Of a stretch of DNA of 64,000 nucleotides, positions 27,122 through 36,571 are shown one piece after another. Position numbers and translations under genes: made by a program. Position 1 is the stretch's first letter. Each line of letters begins with the position of its first letter. Where the stretch lies: assembly GCA_965217185.1 (NCBI GenBank), contig OZ244252.1:3328001-3392000 (forward strand), read 5' to 3'. Below the pieces are notes generated by a model. The model was not told where the DNA came from and ran no database searches. It saw only the letters and a list, made by a program, of their open reading frames with translations. The stretch is from an uncultured Candidatus Entotheonella sp. GTDB taxonomy: Bacteria > Tectomicrobia > Entotheonellia > Entotheonellales > Entotheonellaceae.

Positions 27122-28087
27122 CCATTGACACGCTCGACGGTCGTGCGCTCACGGTAGCGTAACTGCTCGGCGTATACGTGGCCGACGGTGCGCTGCGCCC
27201 GCGCTTCGGTCTTCCGTTCCAGCTTACGCGAAGCACTGCGGGGATTGGCGTCGATGATTGCAACATGCCCCAGCGACTCACGGTGCGCTCTGATCTCGGG
27301 CGCGTCATAAGCCGAGTCCATCAAAGCCTGCCCCGGACCTGATCCGGGGTCATAGAGGTTGGTGACTCGTGCGGCCGTCAGGGTCACCAGGGAAATCGCC
27401 ACTTGGCTGTCATGCAACGAGGCCGAGGTCAGGATGCAACTGAGTGGAACGCCGCCATCGGCTGCGTCGATATGCAACTTGTAGCCGCTCCATGATTCCT
27501 GATGTCCCTTGGCGTCCCGCTTGACGCCAACATCACAGGTGCGTGGCAGGTTGGCGAGCATCTCCGGAAGGGTCATATTGGACTGGCGCGTCAGCCTTGC
27601 GCGGTCGCCCGCGGCTTCGGGGCTGGCTTCTCACGTCCCAAGATCGCCGTCGAATCGCGTGAGACGTGGCCGACCAGATGATCGCGCAGGGTCTTGTCGA
27701 TCAGCGCCTCGTGCAGGCGGCTCGGCAAGGCGCTGTCAGCGAAGTCGCTGAAGGCCCGCGAGAAGGTCGCCTCGCTGGGGATCGCCGCGCGCCCCGGCAA
27801 GCCACGCCAGCACGTCAGGAATGGCTCAACCGGCACGAACCCGAGCACCGTGACGAATAACTCGTAGCGCTCGCCCAAGGGACCGAGTTCTTCTTCGAGT
27901 GTGGGAAAAAGCTCTCGTTGGAAGGCGAAGCCGTAATTCGATAGGATCGTACGCAAGGACATGGCCGTTTTCTCCTTCACGTGGTGGTCGCACAACACAT
28001 GACATGAAGCAAAGGTAGCCTGTCCCGTTTATGTCAACCCCTTACCCTCAATAATTCCCGACGACTCCGCAGTTTCGCAAAAGGCTC
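27122..28087 (-). mobile_element. Degraded relative of the IS5/IS1182-like element at 10738-12220
   Basis: One IR, AGTTTCGCAAAAGGCTC, ends at 28087. Same MSLRTILSNYG start; two internal deletions; truncated after ERVNG; second IR absent. Confidence 0.85.
27325..27348 (-). repeat. 24-bp palindromic element inserted in frame in the transposase remnant (PGSGPGQA)
   Basis: CCCGGATCAGGTCCGGGGCAGGCT is absent at the equivalent site (near 11286) of the other IS copy: NLYDLMDS versus NLYD-PGSGPGQA-LMDS. Confidence 0.85.
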
Positions 28088-28107
28088 AATGAAAAGAAAG
28101 GACGGAT

Positions 28108-29646
28108 ATGTCGAGAGAGTTCCCGACACTGGAGGACCGGCAGGTCATAAACTCCCGAGGAATCACGGAGGAAACTATCGCGGCACAACTGGCTCTTTTC
28201 CGGAAAGGAACGCCATGGATTAAACTCCATCGACCCTGCACGGTCGGCGACGGTATTGTCATACTTCGCACGGATGAGATGGAGGTCTTGTCACGCAGAT
28301 ATGCAGAGGCTGTTGCTACCGGTCGGGTCATGAAATTTGTGCCGGCGTCCGGAGCGGCCTCGCGGATGTTTCAGGGACTCTTGCAGCAGTTTGAAACGGC
28401 GCCCATACCTCCTGACGACGAAGATACGACTTCCAGCCAGTTTTTGACGGAGCTACACCGCTTTGCGTTTTATGATGATCTGGAAGCAGCATTGCGCGTT
28501 GAAGGACTGGATATCCAGACATGCATTGCCCAAGGCCAAATTCACAAAATCTTGGGACATCTCTTGACCTCGCGTGGACTCAATTACGCCAATCTGCCCA
28601 AGGCGTTAATCAAATTCCATCGCTACGCCGCTGACTATTGTCAAACGCCTTTGCAAGAACATATGGTGGACGCCGCAGAACATACCCTCGACCGGAATCG
28701 TGTCGTTCGAGTGCACTTTACAATCAGCACAGGATGTGAGGTGGAGATCAGTAATACTATTGAGGAGATGCAGGAGCGTTACAAAGCAACCGGCATTCAG
28801 TACCGTATCACGTTGTCGCACCAACACACCTCAACCGATACGATTGCAGTTGATACTGACAATCGTCCTTTCCGCGATCGACATCATCGTTTGCTATTCA
28901 GGCCGGGGGGGCACGGCGCACTACTTGAGAACCTACAGGCAATCCAGGCCGATATAGTTCACTTGAACAATATCGACAACGTGGTTCATGGACGCCTCAA
29001 GGATGATACGTATACCTACAAGAGAGCCTTGGGTGGTTATCTTGTGACATTGCAAGATCAGATATTCACCCATTTGAGACGTTTGTCGGCAGGGCAGGTG
29101 AATTCGCGGCAGATAGAGCACACTTTCACATTTGCCAAAGAAAATTTGTCATTAAGCATACCAAAAGACATCTTAGGTCAATCAATATCCGAGCAATCCA
29201 AATTTCTATTTGCGAAGCTCAACAGACCGCTGCGCGTCTGCGGCGTGGTGAAGAACCTCGGGGAACCGGGCGGCGGACCATTCTGGACGGAAAGCGCGGA
29301 GGGCGACCTATCATTGCAAATCGTTGAGAAGTCGCAAGTCGACACCTCGGCAGAGGGGCAACGCGCCATTTTGAACGCCTCGACCCACTTCAATCCTGTG
29401 GATGTTGTCTGCGGAATGCGTGATTACCAAGGTCGGCCTTTCGAGCTTGAGGCGTTTAGAGACCAGGACGCTTATTTCATCGCCCACAAGACCCATGAAG
29501 GGCGCCCTCTGAAAGCCCTTGAGCTTCCAGGCTTGTGGAACGGCGCCATGGCTCGTTGGAACACGGTGTTCGTGGAGGTGCCTCTCAGCACCTTTAATCC
29601 GGTCAAAACCGTGTTCGATCTCCTGCGCCCGGAACACCAGCCGTAA
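28108..29646 (+). CDS. DUF4301 family protein (nucleotidyltransferase-like motifs)
   Basis: MKFVPASGAASRMF, RPGGHGALLENL, NIDNV, RPLRVCGVVKN.GEPGGGPFW, THFNPVD, ELPGLWNGAMA and FNPVKTV.DLLR..HQ. Confidence 0.88.
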   Translation: MSREFPTLEDRQVINSRGITEETIAAQLALFRKGTPWIKLHRPCTVGDGIVILRTDEMEVLSRRYAEAVATGRVMKFVPASGAASRMFQGLLQQFETAPIPPDDEDTTSSQFLTELHRFAFYDDLEAALRVEGLDIQTCIAQGQIHKILGHLLTSRGLNYANLPKALIKFHRYAADYCQTPLQEHMVDAAEHTLDRNRVVRVHFTISTGCEVEISNTIEEMQERYKATGIQYRITLSHQHTSTDTIAVDTDNRPFRDRHHRLLFRPGGHGALLENLQAIQADIVHLNNIDNVVHGRLKDDTYTYKRALGGYLVTLQDQIFTHLRRLSAGQVNSRQIEHTFTFAKENLSLSIPKDILGQSISEQSKFLFAKLNRPLRVCGVVKNLGEPGGGPFWTESAEGDLSLQIVEKSQVDTSAEGQRAILNASTHFNPVDVVCGMRDYQGRPFELEAFRDQDAYFIAHKTHEGRPLKALELPGLWNGAMARWNTVFVEVPLSTFNPVKTVFDLLRPEHQP

Positions 29647-29798
29647 AACTCATCTGGGCGTCTGAGTGTTACGGAAAAGCTCCGGCAGCTAAAAGCAATT
29701 GATATTTGTAAATGACTTATATATGGTGAGGTCTTGTTGGAACGACATGAAAAACATTTTGAATCCTTACATTAGGCATGTGGAGATATTCAGTTATT

Positions 29799-31547
29799 AT
29801 GAGCTTGCAAAGCCCACCATACGTACCAAGGATTAAAGACCGCGGCGCTGATTTGTTCGTCGCCTTGCTGCGGGCTCAGGGTGTGAAACAAGTTATGGCT
29901 TTAACGGGCGGCGCCATCATGGAAGGGATGGATGCCCTGCAGGAAGCAGAACACCTGGAAATGTCCATCTTCCAAACCGAACCGGGCGCGGCGTGGGCTG
30001 CGATGGGGTATGCGCGGGCCACGGGCAAAGTCGGCGTGTGTGTGGTGACGTCGGGACCGGCCGCAACCAACACCATTACAGCCATCGCGGACGCTTACCG
30101 TGACAACGTGCCCTTGGTGGTTGTGACGGGTCAGGTGCCAACGTTTGCCCGTAACACCGATGCCTTTCAAGAAACAGACATCACCGGAATTGTCGCGCCA
30201 ACCGTAAAGAAAGTGTATTACGTGAGCTGTCCCGAAGAGATGCCTGACGTGGTCCGTGAAGCATTTCACCTTGCCCGAGATGGTCGGCCGGGGCCAGTGC
30301 TGATCGATCTCACAAAAGATGCCCAACAGTCGCTGGTCGATCTTGATGCGTATCGCGCGGACCTGGAGCCGATCAATTCAGCCATCTCAGATAAAACGTT
30401 TGATGAAACCCTGAACGCTGAATTGGACGAGGTGATAGCCCATCTCAACGCCGCGGAACGGCCTGTCGTAATCGCGGGCTACGGTTTGGTGCTGGCCAGT
30501 GCTGAGCGCGAACTGGAGCAATTCCTGGAAGCCGTGCCAAGCCCGGTGGTCTACACGATTCCAGGCAAGCCCGCGATTGCCACATCGCATCCATGCAACT
30601 ACGGATTGCTTGGCATGCACGGATTCTACGTCGCCAACTGGATCGTGCACCATGCCGACCTCGTCGTTTCGCTGGGTTCGCGCTACGACGACCGTATCAC
30701 GGGGGACACAGCCCGGTTCGCGCCACAGGCCAAGCACCTGATCCATTTCGACATTGACCCGGAACAAATTCGCAAGGTGCTGCCCGAACGGAAACTCGGA
30801 ATCGTCGGCAACCTGAAGGAGACATTGGGCGCGTTGAGGCGCCGGCTTACGGGCACAATCGATTATCTCGATTGGCGTCAGGCCATTGCGGAAGTTGAGA
30901 AGGAATACCCCTCAACCTACACCCGCCGCCCGGAGTTGCTGCAAACGCAGCACGTCATGCAGCAACTCAATGAGGCCGTGGAACAACGTGTTGCTGCCGA
31001 CCCGTGCCGGGTCATCTATACCACGGAGGTCGGCGACCACCAGATGTGGGCTGGGCAATATCTGGCCATGCAGCCAGGCTGGCAATTCATGACTTCCGGC
31101 GGCCAGGGTGCAATGGGTTCCGGATTACCCATGGCCATTGGAGCGCAAATGGCGGAGCCTGATGCCCTTGTCATCTGTCTGGCTGGCGACGGTAGCTTGC
31201 GTTTCTCCGAAGCTGAGCTGGAAACCATTTGGGAAGAAAATCTCGCCGTAAAGGTCCTGGTGCTCAACAACGACGGCTACGGCATTGTGCGAATGTGGAA
31301 TCACCGCTTCTATCAGGGGCGGGAGACGGGTGTCGTCAAACGCGGCAAAAATTGGACCTTGCTGGCCCAGGGAAATGGCTTTGATGCCGACTTCGTGGAC
31401 CGCGTCTGCAAGCCGCAAGACGTGAAACCCGCTCTGCAACGCGCGCTCTCCCACCGCGGGCCGCATTTCATCGAGTTTGTAACGCCTTACGAGGAATGCC
31501 TGCCCCTGATGCCGCCAGGTCAATCGTTTGAGGAAATGATTGTCTGA
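29799..31547 (+). CDS. ilvB: Acetolactate synthase large subunit (ThDP-dependent)
   Basis: GYARATGKVGVCVVTSGP, TGQVP...DAFQE, RPGPVLID, GMHG, DDRITG, VGDHQMW, GAMGSGLP and GDGS...NN. Confidence 0.88.
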   Translation: MSLQSPPYVPRIKDRGADLFVALLRAQGVKQVMALTGGAIMEGMDALQEAEHLEMSIFQTEPGAAWAAMGYARATGKVGVCVVTSGPAATNTITAIADAYRDNVPLVVVTGQVPTFARNTDAFQETDITGIVAPTVKKVYYVSCPEEMPDVVREAFHLARDGRPGPVLIDLTKDAQQSLVDLDAYRADLEPINSAISDKTFDETLNAELDEVIAHLNAAERPVVIAGYGLVLASAERELEQFLEAVPSPVVYTIPGKPAIATSHPCNYGLLGMHGFYVANWIVHHADLVVSLGSRYDDRITGDTARFAPQAKHLIHFDIDPEQIRKVLPERKLGIVGNLKETLGALRRRLTGTIDYLDWRQAIAEVEKEYPSTYTRRPELLQTQHVMQQLNEAVEQRVAADPCRVIYTTEVGDHQMWAGQYLAMQPGWQFMTSGGQGAMGSGLPMAIGAQMAEPDALVICLAGDGSLRFSEAELETIWEENLAVKVLVLNNDGYGIVRMWNHRFYQGRETGVVKRGKNWTLLAQGNGFDADFVDRVCKPQDVKPALQRALSHRGPHFIEFVTPYEECLPLMPPGQSFEEMIV

Positions 31548-31569
31548 TTTCGCGCCACGGAACGGTGAG

Positions 31570-31980
31570 CTACGCCGAAGGCCGGAATTTCGGCAAGGTG
31601 ACTTCCGGCGTTACGTCATCGAAAATAACTTCTACGGGTAGACCCACGCGCAATTGCTCGACAGGCAGATCAGGCACGCGGGAAACCAACCGGACGCCCT
31701 CCTCCAATTCCACCACAACGGCAGCATACGGCAATTCATCCGCAAAGCCGGGATGCAACGCGCGGTGAATCACCGTCCAGCTGAAGACTTGCCCCTTGCC
31801 GGCGGCGCGCTCCCAGGTCCAGTTGAACGAGCCACAGGCCTGACAGCTCTCGCGGGGCATGTGGCGCCATGCTCCGCAATCCCGGCAGCGCTGGAAGCGC
31901 AATTCGTGCTGCTTACAGAACCGGTAGAACTCGCCGTTGAAGTCCTCACCCCGAGGTAATGGCTTATTATAGGCTTCCAT
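31570..31980 (-). CDS. DUF35 Zn-ribbon/OB-fold protein
   Basis: QRCRDCG...CQACGS, PYAAVVVELEEGVRL and RVGLPVEVIF. Confidence 0.9.
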   Translation of the reverse strand: MEAYNKPLPRGEDFNGEFYRFCKQHELRFQRCRDCGAWRHMPRESCQACGSFNWTWERAAGKGQVFSWTVIHRALHPGFADELPYAAVVVELEEGVRLVSRVPDLPVEQLRVGLPVEVIFDDVTPEVTLPKFRPSA

Positions 31981-31983
31981 CGG

Positions 31984-33150
31984 TTATCTCCTGAGAATGA
32001 CCAGGCTGCCGTCGCCGAAATCCCCCCAACCGGTTACCAAGCCCAACTCGCAATCCTCCACCTGCAAGCCGGCTTCATGTCGCAATTGCCGGGTTGCCTC
32101 CACAACGTGATTGAGCCCCCAAACGTGCGCCTCGGAATGCAAACCGCCATGCGTGTTGCAGGGCAAGTCGCCGTCGATTCGCAAGGTCCCGCCTTTGACA
32201 AACTCACGCGACTCGCCCGCCCCGCAGAAACCAAGCGCTTCCAACTGCAGCATCACGACGTACGTAAAGCAGTCGTAAATCTGGGCAAAATCCATATCCC
32301 GAGGCGTCACACCAGCCATTCCGAAGGCGTGCGGTGCGGCAAAGCTGAGGCCAATCTTGAAGAAATCGGAGCGATTCGGGATGTCGTCGGCGGGGTAGGG
32401 ATGCCCTTCCGCAATGCCCATGATGTAGACGGGGTCATGTTGCAGGTCGAGAGCACGCTCCGCCGAGGTCACCACCACCGCACAGGCGCCGTCCGTTTCC
32501 AGACAGCAGTCAAGCACACGGAAGGGGGAAGCAACCATGGGAGATTGGAGATACTGTTCCATGGTCAACGTACGACCATACATGTAGGCGCGGGGATTGT
32601 GCTGAGCGTGGGAACGGCTGGCGAGGGCCACCTCGCCCATTTCTTCGTCCGTCGTGCCATGGAGTTCCCGATGCCGCGTCGCCAGCCAGGCGTAGTGCTG
32701 AACCGGGGCCAGGGCACCATATGGGGCATAGTAATTGCGCAGGGCCTGACTCAGGGCGTTATCGGGCCGTGGCGCCGCGTCGGGCCGCTCGCGGCGACTG
32801 ATGCGTGCTTCCGAGTAACCATTCCAGCCAAAAGGAACCAGCACGTTGCGGGCGACGCCCAGGGTGACGGCCATGGCAGCGCTCTGTAAGGCCGTCACCG
32901 GGCTGGCACCGCCCATTTGCACTGTCGTGGAGTACCGCAGATCGCCCACCCCCAGATTGGCGGCCAGGGCTTCCTGGTAGATGTAGGAGGAGGACAGAAC
33001 GAAGCCGTCGATGTCCTGCACCGTCAATCCGGCGTCGCGGATGGCGTGCCGGGAGGCTTCCAGCACCAGACGCAGAACGGTTTTTTGTGACCCTCTGGTA
33101 TAAGCGCTTTCCCCAACCCCCACGATGCAGGCTTGGTCCTTCAAGGTCAT
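31984..33150 (-). CDS. Thiolase-superfamily (SCP-x/Ltp2-like) protein
   Basis: [29 protein letters not shown] and [11 protein letters not shown]; paired with DUF35. Confidence 0.88.
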   Translation of the reverse strand: MTLKDQACIVGVGESAYTRGSQKTVLRLVLEASRHAIRDAGLTVQDIDGFVLSSSYIYQEALAANLGVGDLRYSTTVQMGGASPVTALQSAAMAVTLGVARNVLVPFGWNGYSEARISRRERPDAAPRPDNALSQALRNYYAPYGALAPVQHYAWLATRHRELHGTTDEEMGEVALASRSHAQHNPRAYMYGRTLTMEQYLQSPMVASPFRVLDCCLETDGACAVVVTSAERALDLQHDPVYIMGIAEGHPYPADDIPNRSDFFKIGLSFAAPHAFGMAGVTPRDMDFAQIYDCFTYVVMLQLEALGFCGAGESREFVKGGTLRIDGDLPCNTHGGLHSEAHVWGLNHVVEATRQLRHEAGLQVEDCELGLVTGWGDFGDGSLVILRR

Positions 33151-33277
33151 GGATACGCTCCTCTCGGCGTGTTGTAACGGTCTCCGCAGGTACTTCATAC
33201 AGGCAAATCATGCTACCATACACTGTCTTCAGAACAAGAAAGCCCAGAGCATACCTTTGGAGAGGGAGCAGCGCCCC

Positions 33278-34564
33278 ATGTACGCCGAGCTTTTCCAGTT
33301 TCCCGTCGGCCGCGAGGGTTATTACGGACAGTTTGGCGGCGCATTCATCCCGGAAATCCTGCACGAAACCATTCGGGAATTGACGGCAGCCTTCAATGAC
33401 GCTCAGGCCGACCCTGCCTTCTGGGATACGTACGTTGCCTTGATGTCGAACTACTCCTGCCGCCCCACGCCACTGACCCATTTGGAAAATTTGAGTAAGG
33501 ATCTTGGCGGCGCACAGATTTACGTCAAGCGGGAAGACCTGAACCACACCGGCGCGCACAAGGTCAACAACGTGATGGGGCAGGGACTGCTGGTGCAGCG
33601 CATGGGGAAACAGCGGGTGATTGCGGAAACGGGAGCCGGCCAGCACGGCGTGGCCACGGCAACCATGGCGGCACGCATGGGATTTGAGTGCACGATTTAC
33701 ATGGGATCGGTGGATGTGGAGCGGCAGCGGCCGAACGTGTTCTGGATGGAGCAGCTGGGCGCACGCGTGGTGTCCGTAGACGACGGCACCAAGACGCTGA
33801 AAGACGCCATCAACGCCACGCTGCGCGATTGGGCCGACTCGATGCATACGACGCACTACGTCATGGGCACGGTGTGCGGTCCGCATCCCTTCCCGCAGAT
33901 GGTCACCTACTTCCAATCGCTCATTGGCCGGGAGGCCCGTTCGCAGATGTTGGAGCAGACTGGCAAGCTGCCCAAAAGGGTCTATGCGTGTGTCGGTGGC
34001 GGATCGAATGCCTCGGGGATCTTTGCCGGCTTTCTGGACGACGCGGAGGTGGAGTTGGTAGGCGTCGAAGCGGGCGGACTGGGTTTGGACAGCAGCCAGC
34101 ATGCGGCTCGGCTGGCGCGCAACGTAGGGTCCACCGGGGTTGCGCAGGGTTACAAAACACGCTTCCTGCAAAATGCCGAGGGGCAGATGCGGCCAACACA
34201 CTCGGTCTCGGCAGGTCTGGATTACGTTGGCGTAGGGCCCGTCTTGGCGTACCTGCACGACATTGGCCGTATCCGCGTTGAAGCCGCCACAGACGCCGAT
34301 GTCCTGGCCTCATTACAGCACGTGATGCGGCGCGAGGGCATCATTCCCGCCCTGGAAAGCACTCATGCTTTTGTTACCGCGCTGAAGGAAGCACCGGATT
34401 TGTCGCCGCAAGACAGCATTCTGATCAACCAGTCGGGGCGGGGCGACAAGGACATTTTCACGATCGCCGAAGCGCTCGGCGACGACCCCTGGCGGGCATT
34501 CTTGCGGCAAAAAGTGGGGGAATGGGATGCAGGGAAAACCGCAAACGACGGGATACCGGCATGA
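33278..34564 (+). CDS. trpB: Tryptophan synthase beta chain
   Basis: KREDLNHTGAHK, AETGAGQHG, CVGGGSN, SAGLDY.GVGP, EGIIPALES and SGRGDKD. Confidence 0.96.
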   Translation: MYAELFQFPVGREGYYGQFGGAFIPEILHETIRELTAAFNDAQADPAFWDTYVALMSNYSCRPTPLTHLENLSKDLGGAQIYVKREDLNHTGAHKVNNVMGQGLLVQRMGKQRVIAETGAGQHGVATATMAARMGFECTIYMGSVDVERQRPNVFWMEQLGARVVSVDDGTKTLKDAINATLRDWADSMHTTHYVMGTVCGPHPFPQMVTYFQSLIGREARSQMLEQTGKLPKRVYACVGGGSNASGIFAGFLDDAEVELVGVEAGGLGLDSSQHAARLARNVGSTGVAQGYKTRFLQNAEGQMRPTHSVSAGLDYVGVGPVLAYLHDIGRIRVEAATDADVLASLQHVMRREGIIPALESTHAFVTALKEAPDLSPQDSILINQSGRGDKDIFTIAEALGDDPWRAFLRQKVGEWDAGKTANDGIPA

Positions 34565-35340
34565 CACCTGTGGAAGACTATATTCGCCAGCGCTTGCAGC
34601 GAAAACGGCTCCTGCTGATGACCCATGCCATCGTCGGATACCCGTCCTTCGAGGCCAACATGGCCATGTTGGAAGCCATGCAGCGGGCGGATGTTGACCT
34701 TGTGGAACTCCAGCTACCCTTCAGTGAGCCGATCGCCGACGGTCCGGTGTTCGTGCGCGCTAACCAATGCGCACTCGACGCCGGCGTTACCTGGGAAAAC
34801 TACTTCGCGTTCATGCAGCGGGTCACCGCCGCATTTGACTTCAAAGTCCTGATGATGGGCTACTACAACAGCATCCTTCAGATGGGTCACGAGCGCTTTT
34901 GCGCTTGCCTGGCGGAGCATGGCGGTGGCGGGTTCATCGTAGCCGATCTGCCGCCGGAAGAGGCTGACGACCTGCATCAATACGCTGCCGCCTACCAGCA
35001 AGCGCCGATTGTCATGATGACGCCGGTCAACTCCGAGCCGCGACTCCAGCAAATCGCCGCCAAAGCCAGTGGCTTCGTGTATTGCGTCGCGCGTCGGGGA
35101 GTTACCGGCCGCCAAACGCAAGTTGATGAGGGCCTTGAAGCCTTCATCGCACGTTGTCGTTCAGCCACACCCTTACCGATGGCGCTGGGATTTGGCCTCC
35201 GCACACATCAGGATTTACAGCGAGTCAAAGGCCTCGTTGACATCGGAATCATTGGCACTGCGTTGTTGACAGCCTGGGAGCAGGGCGGAGCGGAACGTTA
35301 CAGTGCCCTGTTGCAAGAATTAACATCGGCGGCGACGTGA
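34561..35340 (+). CDS. trpA: Tryptophan synthase alpha chain
   Basis: ELQLPFSEPIADGP, MGYYN, DLPPEE, GFVYCV.R.GVTG and GFG; ATGA overlap with trpB. Confidence 0.93.
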   Translation: MTPVEDYIRQRLQRKRLLLMTHAIVGYPSFEANMAMLEAMQRADVDLVELQLPFSEPIADGPVFVRANQCALDAGVTWENYFAFMQRVTAAFDFKVLMMGYYNSILQMGHERFCACLAEHGGGGFIVADLPPEEADDLHQYAAAYQQAPIVMMTPVNSEPRLQQIAAKASGFVYCVARRGVTGRQTQVDEGLEAFIARCRSATPLPMALGFGLRTHQDLQRVKGLVDIGIIGTALLTAWEQGGAERYSALLQELTSAAT

Positions 35341-35393
35341 CCAAGTACCGTCCCGCAAACATATAATGTCAACGGGTCAAGGAGGACAAAAAT

Positions 35394-35612
35394 ATGGCCA
35401 TCGTTCTGATGGAAGAAGTGCTCATGGGACTGGAAGACGCCAAGGATTCGTTGGAACAGGCCGTTCTAACGCTGGAAGGCATGACCGAAGACATGCATCC
35501 CGATATGGCGGATTTGAAGGAAGTCATTGAGCAGACGCTGGTGCTGCCTCTGCAGTCTCGTGCCGCGGTACTGGATACCTTGTTGGAAGAGGTCGCCGAT
35601 ACCATTTCATAG
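35394..35612 (+). CDS. Small acidic hypothetical protein
   Basis: Strong AAGGAGG RBS; helical-looking 72-aa ORF filling the intergenic gap. Confidence 0.65.
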   Translation: MAIVLMEEVLMGLEDAKDSLEQAVLTLEGMTEDMHPDMADLKEVIEQTLVLPLQSRAAVLDTLLEEVADTIS

Positions 35613-35622
35613 ATGGCCGGGC

Positions 35623-36537
35623 TCAATCGGTGTGATACCGGGGCACGACGAGTTTGGCCAACCGGGCCAACTGATCGTAGAACGCCGCGCCGGAAACCAT
35701 CGGGCGCAGGACAAATTTGCTGACCCCCACTTCCACGTATTCGTCGATGCGCCGCAGAATGGCATCCGGCTCACGCCAGGCAACGTAGGATTCGAACGGT
35801 GTGTCTGGGTCGATACGCCTCATCAACGTCTGGATCTCATCGCTGAGATCCCCATCCCCGAAGTGAAACGGAACGATCGTTCCGTAATGGTCCTCCGGCA
35901 CCTTTCGCCCATACACCTCGGCCGCGCTGCGAATCGCGCATACGGCTTTCCCTGCCTCCGACGGTGGTTGGTACGATCCCAAGAAGCCGTCGCCCAAACG
36001 GGCCACCCGCTTGTAAGCCGCCTGAGAGCGGCCCCCAAACCAGACCGGCAAGGGTTGCTGGCAAGGCTTGGGCTGGATGGTCAACTCGTGGGTGCTGTAG
36101 AACTCGCCCGCATGGGAAACCGCCTCTTCGCTCCACAAACGGCGCATCAGCGGCACGGCCTCATCGGTCATAGCGCCCCGGCGATGCGGCGTCCTGCCCA
36201 CCGCCAGCCACTCCGCTTCCTGAGCCAGCCCCAACCCGAAAGCCGGCAGCATGCGGCCCTTGCTGAGGAAGTCGATGGTGGCAATCTCCTTGGCCACGAT
36301 CAGTGGGTCGCGCACCGGCAGCACCGCCACGCTCATGCCGAATTTGATGCGTTGTGTCCGCCCTGCAATCATGGCCAATGCCGTGATGGGTTCGAGCGCC
36401 GGGGCAGGGTTGCGGATACGATCATTCAGCCAGATTGAATCCAGCCCGCTTTCTTCCACGAGATCCACCATTGCCCAGAAATCTTCGATGCTCCCGAACG
36501 GCCAGCCGGAAAATCCAATCCCGATCCGTATTTTCAT
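35623..36537 (-). CDS. LLM-class (luciferase-like) flavin-dependent oxidoreductase
   Basis: GLDSIWLND, RTQRIKFG, AKEIATIDFLSKGR, PKPCQQPLPVWFGG and RVARLGDG. Confidence 0.9.
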   Translation of the reverse strand: MKIRIGIGFSGWPFGSIEDFWAMVDLVEESGLDSIWLNDRIRNPAPALEPITALAMIAGRTQRIKFGMSVAVLPVRDPLIVAKEIATIDFLSKGRMLPAFGLGLAQEAEWLAVGRTPHRRGAMTDEAVPLMRRLWSEEAVSHAGEFYSTHELTIQPKPCQQPLPVWFGGRSQAAYKRVARLGDGFLGSYQPPSEAGKAVCAIRSAAEVYGRKVPEDHYGTIVPFHFGDGDLSDEIQTLMRRIDPDTPFESYVAWREPDAILRRIDEYVEVGVSKFVLRPMVSGAAFYDQLARLAKLVVPRYHTD

Positions 36538-36571
36538 GCTTACCCTTCTCCCCGTCTGACGGTTGCAACCA

